Assembly (NCBI GenBank): GCA_950097015.1
Contig: CATNEN010000039.1
Span: 6,820,001 to 6,884,000 of the forward strand
Source: Macrostomum hystrix
Taxonomy: Eukaryota; Animalia; Platyhelminthes
Length of the DNA stretch: 64,000 nt
Direction: 5' to 3'
Shown here: one piece after another, positions 53,601 through 64,000 of the stretch
Layout of the letters: each line of letters begins with the position of its first letter
Position numbering within the stretch: position 1 is the first letter of the stretch
The notes under the pieces: generated by a model
The model's database searches: none
What the model saw: the letters and a program-made list of their open reading frames with translations, nothing else
Told to the model about the DNA's origin: nothing
Made by a program: the position numbers and the translations under genes

Positions 53601-56600
53601 AGTTCTTGTTATTTAAATATGCTGATGCTTAGCCTTAAAGAAGCCCGCACGTTTTTCTGTTTTCTAAAGTCAAGCCGTGGCGCCCGAATTGGGACACGAC
53701 ATGGTAGGCTGATAATGGATAACTTGAGTAAATATATTTTTCCAGAGCCGTGCACCTGCGTGGCCTCGGGCGATCCTCACTACCGAACTTACGACGGCCA
53801 GTGGATCCACTTCATGGGCAAGTGCACCTACACACTGACTAGGCTGAGTGACTCCTCTGGCGCTCCGGGCCCCTGCCACTTCGACGTCCGGGTGAAGAAC
53901 CACGCCGTTAGCCGGGCTGGCCGGAGTCGACGTCATCGCCGAATCACGACGCTGAAGTCGGTCAGCTGGACAAAGTTTGTCGAGGCTCGAATCGGGAAGC
54001 ACACTGTGCTGCTGGGCCAGGGCCGCCAGGTGCTTGTTGACGGCGAGCGCCGGTCGCTGCCGGTTAGAAACCTTGGCGGTGGCTTCAATGTTTTCCTAGA
54101 CGGCCCGTACGTGTCGCTGTACTCAGCTCGGTGCGGTGTAAAGGTGAGTATGAGTAATATTAATGATAATATTAGTTGCAGAGCTTTGTAGGCGCTGATG
54201 CATCATTGGTGATTCATTCCATTCCCCTGACCCCTGAGCACACACGCTCACAGGTATGTACATCTGACTTTTCTTATTGTTCAGACAGTGTACACTTTCA
54301 CTCAAGCTCGAGCTTAAGTTGTCGGCGAAAGCTCGAGCTAAAGTGCTTTGGTGCGAGACTTAGGTGTGTTAGGCCTTCGCCACTAACGCACACAATTTTT
54401 TTTACGAACAATCAAACGCAAACTCCAGGTGAGCTTCAACGGCCACGCCACAGCTGTCGTGATGGTAAAGCCGGCCTACGCTGGTCGCATGTCTGGCATC
54501 TGCGGCGACTGCAACGGCAAGCGTGACGACTACGCCACCAGGACCGGCGAGGATGTCAGCCAGCGGCCGAACAAGTTCGCCCTGATTGGCAATTCCTACC
54601 GCGTCCCGGATGCCAAGCGAGACAGACAGGTGGAGAAACGTGGTGACATTTGCGCCGATGAGAACGACTATTTCCCAGAGTGCAGCGCTTCGCAGCTCAA
54701 GCGAATCCGCGGCAAAAGACTTTGCGGTGCCGTGCGAGACAAGGCTGGCCCGTTCGCCAGGTGTGCTGCGCGCAGCAAGGTCGACTTTGACGGCTACCTC
54801 AGGTGAGACTCTGAAAATCGTCAGGGTGAGAGAATGTCAGGGTGAGAGAGTGTCAGGGTGAGAGAGTGTCAGGGTGAGAGAGTGTCAGGGTGAGAGAGTG
54901 TCAGGGTGAGAGAGTGTCAGGGTGAGAGAGTGTCAGGGTGAGAGAGTGTTAGGGTGAGAGGGTGTCAGGGTGAGAGAGTGTCAGGGTGAGAGAGTGTCAG
55001 GGTGAGAGAGTGTCAGGGTGAGAGAGTGTCAGGGTAAGAGGGTGTCAGGGTAGTAGAGTGGCAGAGTCAGAGATAGAACCCGAGTAAATTCCGCGCCAAT
55101 TCACGTCAACACACCGCCAATTGGCCTCCATGCCCTAATGAGCAGCTCCTGCACCTATGATGTCTGCGCTCAGCTGAAACAACCGCGTGCTGTCAAGCGA
55201 ACCGTCTGTCGCGTCCTGGAGGCCATCGCTGATGAGTGCGCCTCTGCAGGCTACCGCGTTAGATGGAGAGCCTACTATGGATGCCGTGAGTGGCTCTTCA
55301 GTTTTCGGACTTGCGTTCGGAAATCGTCGAAAAAGAGTGTTAAAATAAGAAATAATTTTTCACCTTCATATTGCAGCTTTTAAGTGTCCGGCTAATTCGC
55401 GGTACAGCTTCAACACGCCGTCCTGCCAGAAGACCTGCAGCATCAACTCTGTCCCGCGCCCCCAGTGCCCGCTGACTAACCAGGAGGGCTGTATCTGCCG
55501 CAGAGGCTATGTGCTCAGTGGCCGGAACTGCGTACGCAGGGACGACTGTGGCTGCATCGACGAGAAGGGTCGCTACCGCAAGGCCGGCGCCACCTGGGTC
55601 TCGGGCGACTGCACCAAGGCGTTCAAATGCATTGGCAGACGCCGCGTCAAGTCCGTCAGGCTGAGACGCTGCTCTAAGAACGCCGCCTGCGAGCTGCGCA
55701 ACGGCCAACGCGGTTGCTTCTGCAAGCGCGGCTACTCCGGCCGGCCGTACGGCGGTCGCTGCCGTGACATCGACGAGTGCGCAGCCAAGAAGTCGCCATG
55801 CCATCGGCATGCAACATGTCGCAACACGATGGGCTCATTCAGCTGCCGCTGTCGCGCCGGCTACACCGGCGATGGCAAGCGAAGCTGCAAACCGGCTGCC
55901 AAGAAGGGCAGCGCCTGCCAGCGCCATCCTGAAGCCTGCGGACCCCACGGCGTCTGTCAGAACAGCGACAGCCGCACCAGTGGCTACAGGTGCGAATGCA
56001 AACCAGGCTATGCTCCCACTGGCGATGGAGGCAGGTGCGAAGATGTAAACGAGTGCCAGACTGGAAGGCACCGCTGCCATCGAGACGCCAAGTGTGTCAA
56101 CACGCCGGTAAGAATTTAGACTGATTTGAGTACTGCTTTATTCGAAAACATTCTATAATTCCAGCGAAGTCCCTCGAAATCCACTGTTAAAATTCAGGGC
56201 TCCTACGGATGCGTCTGTAACAAGAACTACGAAGGCGACGGTCGTCTGATCTGCCAGCCCAAGAGCGCCTGCTCCTCTAGCCAGGCTAGCTGCCACCGGG
56301 ATGCCGTGTGCGTCGATCTTCCCGGCGGTGAGTACGCCTGCCGCTGCAAGGAGGGCTACCGCGGCGACGGCCGGCTGCTCTGCGAGGACATCAACGAGTG
56401 CCGCGCCGGCTGCAAGACCTGCTCAGCTAATGCCGACTGCCTGAACACTCCCGGCTCATTCCGCTGCGTTTGCCGTCAGGGCTATGCCGGCGACGGCATC
56501 GTCTGTGAGAATGTTAACGAGTGCGCCACTGGAGAGGCTCGTTGCAGCGCCAATGCTGAGTGTGTGGACACACAGGGCGCCTATAATTGTACCTGCCGGC

Positions 56601-59600
56601 GTGGCTTCAGAGGCAATGGCCGGACATGCCAAGACGTCGACGAGTGCGCTGAAGGCAGTCACCGCTGTCACCAACTGGCCGAGTGCGTCAACAGAGTCGG
56701 ATCCTACGCCTGTCGCTGCCGCGACGGATACCACGGTGCGCAACTGGCATGCTAGCAGATCCACACTAACGCATCGCAATTTCATATTGTTAATGTCTTA
56801 TTCATAATCATTAATCTACTCGTACTTTCGCAGGGAATGGTCGCTCATGCCGCGACGTTGACGAATGCCGCCTGGGCACGCACACTTGCAGCCGCAGCCG
56901 TGCACGATGCGTGAACCGACTTGGCGGTTACAAGTGCGTCTGCTTGTCACCCTACGTTGGTGATGGTCGCCAGTGCCGCAGACGCCTTACCAAGAAGCCA
57001 TCGTCACGCAGACGTCAGCCCAAGAGGCCATCAACACGCAGACGTCAGCCAAAGAAGCCATCGACACGCAGACATCAGCCCAAGAGGCCACGGACACGCA
57101 GGCGTCAGCCCAAGAGGCCAAGGACACGCAGACGTCAGCCCAAGAGGCCAAGGACACGCAGACGTCAGCCCAAGAGGCCATCAACACGCAGACGTCAGCC
57201 CAAGAAGCCATCGACACGCAGACGTCAGCCCAAGAAGCCATCGACACGCAGACGTCAGCCCAAGAAGCCATCGACACGCAGACGTCAGCCCAAGAAGCCA
57301 TCGATACGCAGACGCCGACCAAGGCACGTCGTAAATCGTCGAGCTGTATCGAGAACAAGAGTGACATGTGCCAGTGGAAGAGCCCGCTGTCATAAGAATG
57401 CTGACTGTAAGGACACCGAGACCGGCTACACATGCCGCTGCCGACGCGGTTTCTATGGAGACGGTTACATCTGCAAAGATGTCAACGAGTGCAGGCTGGG
57501 CAAGCACAAATGCAGCAGGGGGAAGGCCGATTGCATCAACAGACCTGGCGGCTATAAATGCCGATGCCGATCAGGTTATCATGGCAACGGGTTTATTTGC
57601 ACTGACGTGGACGAGTGCCGCACTGGTCGCGATCGCTGCGACCCAAATGCGGACTGCATAAACAAGGATGGCGGCTACGCCTGCCGATGCAGACGCGGCT
57701 TCCGCGGCGACGGCTACACCTGCAGTGACGTTGACGAATGCCGTCTTGGTACGCACCGCTGCTCTCGAAAAGCCGACTGCCGCAACACGCCAGGCTCATA
57801 CACGTGCCACTGCAGAAAGGGCTTCCGAGGCAACGGAAAGATCTGCCAAGATATCAACGAGTGCACCGAGGGCAAGGACCATTGTCACCGGTTTGCTCAG
57901 TGCATTAACACCCCAGGGGCGTATCGGTGCCGTTGCAAACCTGGTTTCTATGGCAACGGTCTCACATGCGTCAACAGGCGGCAGTGCGCTGATGGTACTC
58001 ACAAGTGCAGCCGATACGCGAGATGCGTCCAAAAGAACGATGGCTATGATTGCAAGTGCAATCCTGGTTTCCATGGCAACGGAAAGAGCTGCAGAGGTAA
58101 GATCCAACCTAAGAAGTAGCGAAAGCTGATATTTCTTAGTTCTTACTTCGCAGTTCTCTCTTCAAGTTATTATTTTTGCTCTCTCAAATAACATGACACC
58201 AATTTAAAAAGCAAATCATGGAATATCAAAAGCATTCCAAAATCAAATGTTTTACAAATTCAGATGTCGACGAGTGCAAGGCGGGAACTTACAGGTGCAA
58301 CAAGAACGCCAAGTGTCACAACACGCTCGGCTCCTACACCTGCCGCTGTAATAAGGGCTACCGCGGCGACGGCTACAGCGAATGCAAACGCATCGAGGTC
58401 AACGAGTGTCGCGATGGCACAGCCAAGTGCTCCAAAAACGCGATCTGCATTGACAGAAAGTTTGGCTATAGCTGCCGGTGCAAGGGTGGGTGAATTTGAA
58501 TATGACTACTCATCTAACAGGTTCTCGAATTCACAATTTTAATTAGATGTACATGCAGTGGCGCAGTCGCCGGAAAAGGCTGTAGAGTTGTTCAATTCAT
58601 GTATTGAGTGTCGGGCAACACACCCACCTCGCTTGGAAGAAAAAAACTCAACCGACTTGGTGGCACCATTCCGAAAACGGCTATTAGTAGCATTAGCACA
58701 AGTACAATCTGAAATCAAATTGGGCTAGACTGGGATCCATCATACAAACACTAAAAATAATTTGAATCACAATTCATTAAATTTCGTTGATTGACAAAAA
58801 GCCTGTCACTCTGTTTCAGCCGGATACTCAGGAGACGGCTTCTCCTGTACCGACGTCGACGAGTGCACTAAAAATACTTTCCCTTGCCCTAAAGGAGCCA
58901 GCTGCAGAAACTCAGTCGGATCATTCAGCTGCCGATGTAAAACTGGCTACAGAATGATGAGCGGCCAGTGCGTAGATGTGGACGAGTGCTCTGAGGGCAA
59001 GCACAGGTGCAGCTCCAATGCAAGGTGCAAAAACCGCATGGGAACCTACAAGTGCAAATGCAACAAGGGTTTCAGAGGAAACGGCTTCGTGTGCAAAGAC
59101 ATTGACGAATGCTGCGGAGGAAAGGACCGCTGCGATCCGAACGCCATTTGCATTAACAAGATAGGATCATACAAATGCAAATGTCTAAAAGGGTTTAGAA
59201 TAAATGGACGAATGTGCGTTCCAGAAAAGCCCACTAATTACCAGCCACTTCGAAAGCGCAACATCAAGAGAAGGCCATCAACAAAACTCAGCAAAAAAAG
59301 ACGCACTCGCAGGATCAAACACCAACTAAAGAAGCGTGCCCGCAAGGCTCGTCGTAGCGTCCGCAAGGCCAGAAAGAGCAACAGAAGACGCGCTCACAGG
59401 ACCAGACGGCAGCTGAAGAAGCGTGCCCGCAAGGCCCGTCGTAGCGTCCGCAAGGCCAGAAAGAGTAACAGAAGACGCGCTCGCAAGGCTAGAAAGAGCA
59501 ACAGAAGACGCGCTCGCAAGACCAGACGGCAGCAGAAGAAGCGTGCTCGCAAAGCTAGGCGTAGCGTCCGCAAGACCAGAAAGAGCAACAGAAGACGCGC

Positions 59601-62600
59601 TCGCAAGACCAGACGGCAGCAAAAGAAGCGTGCCCGCAAGGCCCGTCGTAGCGTCCGCAAGACCAGAAAGAGCAACAGAAGACGCGCTCGAAAGAGCAGA
59701 AAGAGCAACAGAAGAAGCGCTCGCAAGACCAGACGGCAGCTGAAGAAGCGTGCCCGCAAGGCCCGTCGTAGCGTCCGCAAGGCCAGAAAGAGCAACAGAC
59801 GCGCTCGCAAGACCAGAAAGAGCAACAGAAGACGCGCTCGCAAGACCAGACGTCAGCAAAAAAAGCGTGCTCGCAAAGCTAGGCGTAGCGTCCGCAAGAC
59901 CAGAAAGAGCAACAGAAGACGCGCTCGCAAGACCACACGGCAGCAAAAGAAACGTGCTCGCAAAGCTAGGCGTAGCGTCCGCAAGGCCAGAAAGAGCAAC
60001 AGAAGACGCGTCCGCAAGGCCAGAAAGAGCAACAGAAGACGCGCTCGCAAGACCACACGGCAGCAGAAGAAGCGTGCCCGCAAGGCCCGTCGTAGCGTCC
60101 GCAAGACCAGAAAGAGCAACAGACGCGCTCGCAGGACCAGAAAAAGCAACAGAAGAGGCGCTCGCAAGACCAGACGGCAGCAGAAGAAGCGTGCCCGCAA
60201 GGCCCGTCGTAGCGTCCGCAAGGCCAGAAAGAGCAACAGAAGACGCGTCCGCAAGGCCAGAAAGAGCAACAGAAGACGCGCTCGCAAGACCACACGGAAG
60301 CAGAAGAAGCGTGCCCGCAAGACGCGTCGTAGCGTCCGCAAGGCCAGAAAGAGCAACAGAAGACGCGCTCGCAAGAGCAGAAAGAACAACAGAAGACGCT
60401 CTCGCAAGACCACACGGCAGCAAAAGAAACGTGCTCGCAAAGCTAGGCGTAGCGTCCGCAAGGCCAGAAAGAGCAACAGAAGACGCGTCCGCAAGGCCAG
60501 AAAGAGCAACAGAAGACGCGCTCGCAAGACCACACGGCAGCAGAAGAAGCGTGCCCGCAAGGCCCGTCGTAGCGTCCGCAAGACCAGAAAGAGCAACAGA
60601 CGCGCTCGCAGGACCAGAAAAAGTAACAGAAGAGGCGCTCGCAAGACCAGACGGCAGCAGAAGAAGCGTGCCCGCAAGGCCCGTCGTAGCGTCCGCAAGG
60701 CCAGAAAGAGCAACAGAAGACGCGTCCGCAAGGCCACACGGCAGCAGAAGAAGCGTGCCCGCAAGGCCCGTCGTAGCGTCCGCAAGACCAGAAAGAGCAA
60801 CAGACGCGCTCGCAGGACCAGAAAAAGCAACAGAAGAGGCGCTCGCAAGACCAGACGGCAGCAGAAGAAGCGTGCCCGCAAGGCCCGTCGTAGCGTCCGC
60901 AAGGCCAGAAAGAGCAACAGAAGACGCGTCCGCAAGGCCAGAAAGAGCAACAGAAGACGCGCTCGCAAGACCACACGGCAGCAGAAGAAGCGTGCCCGCA
61001 AGGCCCGTCGTAGCGTCCGCAAGGCAAGAAAGAGTAACAGAAGACGCGCTCGCAAGACCAGAAAAAGCAACAGAAGAGGCGCTCGTAAGACCAGACGGCA
61101 GCAGAAGAAGCGTGCCCGCAAGGCCCGTCGTAGCGTCCGCAAGGCCAGAAAGAGCAACAGAAGAAGCGCTCGCAAGACCAGACGGCAGCTGAAGAAGCGT
61201 GCCCGCAAGGCCCGTCGTAGAGTCCGCAAGGCCAGAAAGAGCAACAGACGCGCTCGCAAGACCAGAAAGAGCAACAGAAGACGCGCTCGCAAGACCAGAC
61301 GGCAGCTGAAGAAGCGTGCACGCAAGGCCCGTCGTAGTGTCCGCAAGGCCAGAAAGAGTAACAGAAGACGCGCTCGCAAGAGCAGAAAGAGCAACAAAAG
61401 AGGCGCTCGCAAGACCAGAAGGCAGCTGAAGAAGCGTGCCCGCAAGGCCCGTCTTAGCGTCCGCAAGACCAGAAAGAGCAACAGAAGACGCGCTCGCAAG
61501 ACGAAACGACAGCAGAAGAAACGTGCCCGCAAATCTAGGCGAAGCGTCCGCAAGGCCAGAAAGAGCAACAGACGCGCACGCAGGACCAGAAAGACCAACA
61601 AAAGAGGCGCTCGCAAGACCAGACGGCAGCAGAAGAAGCGTGCCCGCAAGGCCCGTCGTAGCGTCCGCAAGGCCAGAAAGAGCAACAGAAGACGCGCTCG
61701 CAAGACCAGAAAAAGCAAGAGAAGACGCGCTCGCAAGACCAGACGGCAGCTGAAGAAGCGTGCCCGCAAGGCCCGTCGTAGCGTTCGCAAGGCCAGAAGG
61801 AGCAACAGACGCGCTCGCAGGACCAGAAAAAGCAACAGAAGAGGCGCTCGCAAGACCAGACGGCAGCAGAAGAAGCGTGCCCGCATGGCCCGTCGTAGCG
61901 TCCGCAAGGCCAGAAAGAGCAACAGAAGACGCGCTCGCAAGAGCAGAAAGAGCAACAGAAGACGCGCTCGCAAGAACAGACGGCAGCAGAAGAAGCGTGC
62001 CCGCAAGGCCCGTCGTAGCGTCCGCAAGGCCAGAAAGAGCAACAGAAGACGCGCTCGCAAGACCACACGGCAGCTGAAGAAGCGTGCCCGCAAGGCCCGT
62101 CGTAGCGTCCGCAAGACAAGAAAGAGCAACAGAAGACGCGCTCGCAAGACGAGACGACAGCAGAAGAAACGTGCCCGCAAAGCTAAGCGAAGCGTCCGCA
62201 AGGCCAGAAAGAGCAACAGACGCGCACGCAGGACCAGAAAGACCAACAAAAGAGGCGCTCGCAAGACCAGACGGCAGCAGAAGAAGCGTGCCCGCAAGGC
62301 CCGTCGTAGCGTCCGCAAGGCTAGAAAGAGCAACAGAAGACGCGCTCGCAAGACCAGACGGCAGCAGAAGAAGCGTACCAGCAAGGCCCATCGTAGCGTC
62401 CGCAAGGCCAGAAAGAGTAACAGAAGACGCGCTCGCAGGACCAGAAAAAGCAACAGAAGAGGCGCTCGCAAGACCAGACGGCAGCAGAAGAAGCGTGCCC
62501 GCAAGGCCCGTCGTAGCGTCCGCAAGGCCAGAAAGAGCAACAGAAGACGCGCTCGCAAGACCACACGGCAGCAGAAGAAGCGTGCCCGCAAGGCCCGTCG

Positions 62601-64000
62601 TAGCGTCCGCAAGACAAGAAAGAGCAACAGAAGACGCGCTCGCAAGACGAGACGACAGCAGAAGAAACGTGCCCGCAAAGCTAGGCGAAGCGTCCGCAAG
62701 GCCAGAAAGAGTAACAGACGCGCACGCAGGACCAGAAAGACCAACAAAAGAGGCGCTCGCAAGACCAGACGGCAGCAGAAGAAGCGTGCCCGCAAGGCCC
62801 GTCGTAGCGTCCGCAAGGCCAGAAACAGCAACAGAAGACGCGCTCGCAAGACCAGACGGCAGCAGAAGAAGCGTACCAGCAAGGCCCATCGTAGCGTCCG
62901 CAAGGCCAGAAAGAGTAACAGAAGACGCGCTCGCAGGACCAGAAAAAGCAACAGAAGAGGCGCTCGCAAGACGAGACGACAGCAGAAGAAACGTGCCCGC
63001 AAAGCTAGGCGAAGCGTCCGCAAGGCCAGAAAGAGCAACAGACGCGCTCGCAAGACCAGAAAGAGCAACAGAAGACGCGCTCGCAAGACCAGACGGCAGC
63101 AGAAGATGCGTGCCCGCAAGGCCCGTCGTAGCGTCCGCAAGGCCAGAAAGAGCAACAGACGCGCTCGCAGGACCAGAAAAAGCAACAGAAGAGGCGCTCG
63201 CAAGACCAGACGGCAGCAGAAGAAGCGCGCCCGCAAGGCCCGTCGTAGCGTCCGCAAGGCTAGAAAGAGCAACAGAAGACGCGCTCGCAAGACCACACGG
63301 CAGCAGAAGAAGCGTGCCCGCAAGGCCCGTCGTAGCGTCCGCAAGACCAGAAAGAGCAACAGACGCGCTCGCAGGACCAGAAAAAGCAACAGAAGAGGCG
63401 CTCGCAAGACCAGACGGCAGCAGAAGAAGCGTGCCCGCAAGGCCCGTCGTAGCGTCCGCAAGGCCAGAAAGAGCAACAGAAGACGCGTCCGCAAGGCCAC
63501 ACGGCAGCAGAAGAAGCGTGCCCGCAAGGCCCGTCGTAGCGTCCGCAAGACCAGAAAGAGCAACAGACGCGCTCGCAGGACCAGAAAAAGCAACAGAAGA
63601 GGCGCTCGCAAGACCAGACGGCAGCTGAAGAAGCGTGCCCGCAAGGCCCGTCGTAGAGTCCGCAAGGCCAGAAAGAGCAACAGACGCGCTCGCAAGACCA
63701 GAAAGAGCAACAGAAGACGCGCTCGCAAGACCAGACGGCAGCTGAAGAAGCGTGCACGCAAGGCCCGTCGTAGTGTCCGCAAGGCCAGAAAGAGTAACAG
63801 AAGACGCGCTCGCAAGAGCAGAAAGAGCAACAAAAGAGGCGCTCGCAAGACCAGAAGGCAGCTGAAGAAGCGTGCCCGCAAGGCCCGTCTTAGCGTCCGC
63901 AAGACCAGAAAGAGCAACAGAAGACGCGCTCGCAAGACGAAACGACAGCAGAAGAAACGTGCCCGCAAATCTAGGCGAAGCGTCCGCAAGGCCAGAAAGA
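38616..64000 (+). CDS. ap1: Giant secreted Lys/Arg-rich adhesion protein (flatworm ap1-type), 3' incomplete, about 6,500 aa within the window
   Basis: Hand-built exons: 38616-38661, 39321-39356, 39455-39511, 39592-39669, 39922-40053, 40150-40212 (GC donor), 40307-40381, 40473-40541, 40656-40745, 41593-41715, 41815-41985, 42073-42234, 42322-42483, 42571-42732, 42820-42981, 43069-43131, 43211-43294, 43421-43486, 43601-51991, 52082-52241, 52972-53210, 53305-53430, 53746-54143, 54429-54802, 55146-55285, 55377-56107, 56198-56735, 56834-58096, 58264-58485, 58820->64000. Signal peptide [24 protein letters not shown]. Order KR repeat - ShKT x2 - CTL - EGF - vWD - C8 - TIL - EGF array - KR repeat agrees with my recollection of Macrostomum adhesion protein 1. 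Confidence 0.88.
38696..39012. repeat. 53-bp tandem repeat, 6 copies, overlapping the 5' end of a SINE
   Basis: TAGCCAGCATGATGGGCTGGAACTATAGGTTTTGGCAGGGGGCGAGTGGCCGA at 38696, 38749, 38802, 38855, 38908 and 38961. Confidence 0.95.
38997..39275 (+). mobile_element. tRNA-derived SINE (family B), ap1 intron 1
   Basis: GCGGCCGAGCGGTCTAAAGCG A-box, GAGCTCGATTTCC, shared body CACAGTGAAAGTGTACACTGCCTGACGAT. Confidence 0.78.
40757..41110 (+). mobile_element. tRNA-derived SINE (family B), near full length, ap1 intron
   Basis: GTGGCAAAGCGGTCTAACGCG, GAGCTCGATTCC, GGAGTCAGCGAAATGGGCAGAATTG, (ATT)n tail; followed by a 5' fragment at about 41129-41230. Confidence 0.8.
41830..43110 (+). repeat. 249-bp tandem duplication of an exon (162 nt) + intron (87 nt) unit, about 5 copies
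   Basis: Donors recur at 41985, 42234, 42483, 42732 and 42981; the introns appear identical. Confidence 0.95.
43660..51670 (+). repeat. Coding Lys/Arg repeat region 1 of ap1: 33-bp ([11 protein letters not shown]) and 30-bp ([10 protein letters not shown]) units, about 2,670 aa
   Basis: Frame-preserving indels only (multiples of 3) and substitutions that are largely synonymous; continuous with the downstream ShKT domains. Confidence 0.95.
51730..51975 (+). other. Two tandem ShKT domains within ap1
   Basis: [35 protein letters not shown] and [37 protein letters not shown]: six-Cys pattern ending CxxTCGxC. Confidence 0.85.
52082..53210 (+). other. C-type lectin-like domain within ap1 (2 exons)
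   Basis: CPPGW...YCLRF...SWRGAHQAC...[20 protein letters not shown]...W...C......ICR; no EPN/QPD or WND motif. Confidence 0.85.
52545..52885 (-). mobile_element. tRNA-derived SINE (family B), antisense in an ap1 intron
   Basis: Reverse complement of the 40757 copy (GAGCTCGATTCCGG, body, ATT tail). Confidence 0.78.
53746..55545 (+). other. vWD - C8 - TIL module within ap1
   Basis: [51 protein letters not shown]...CQKTC...[22 protein letters not shown]. Confidence 0.92.
54820..55060. repeat. 16-bp minisatellite (GTCAGGGTGAGAGAGT) in an ap1 intron
   Basis: About 14 tandem copies. Confidence 0.95.
55660..59220 (+). other. Array of about 20 EGF / calcium-binding EGF domains within ap1, interrupted by a PK(K/R)PSTRRRQ repeat (56985-57320)
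   Basis: Repeated D(V/I)(D/N)EC...C...A.C.N..G.Y.C.C..G(F/Y).G(D/N)G..C. Confidence 0.95.
59250..64000 (+). repeat. Coding Lys/Arg repeat region 2 of ap1 ([29 protein letters not shown]-type higher-order unit), runs off the window
   Basis: In frame with the last EGF exon (58820); no stop seen before 64000, which is why the ORF track omits it. Confidence 0.92.

Noticed and set aside
59326-63989. Long antisense and alternative-frame ORFs over KR region 2
   Set aside because: Same artefact; the true frame is the stop-less plus-strand continuation of exon 58820.

Overview
Eukaryotic, intron-containing animal DNA. The gene content and minisatellite-laden introns point to a macrostomid flatworm (Macrostomum sp.; inference). 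Left half: eight consecutive minus-strand housekeeping genes (SAFB/SLTM-like, LATS/Warts kinase, MRPS22, two intronless SRSF7-like SR proteins, MED31, MED8, MRPS7) arranged like a trans-spliced operon. The MED31 and MED8 CDSs overlap by 41 nt, and MRPS22 intron 1 holds two previously unannotated-looking H/ACA snoRNA paralogues. A strongly CpG-depleted, AT-rich region (about 27-31.5 kb) separates this cluster from a divergent plus-strand SYAP1/BSD gene. Right half (38.6 kb to window end): one giant secreted protein gene, more than 6,500 aa in the window and still open. Its architecture is signal peptide, acidic/basic exon-repeat modules, a ~2,700-aa Lys/Arg repeat in one 8.4-kb exon, 2x ShKT, C-type lectin, vWD-C8-TIL, ~20 EGF domains, and a second >1,500-aa Lys/Arg repeat. 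This matches the flatworm temporary-adhesion protein ap1. Most long ORFs in the supplied track are minisatellite or antisense artefacts. Exon coordinates were derived by hand from splice signals and reading-frame continuity and have not been checked against transcripts.
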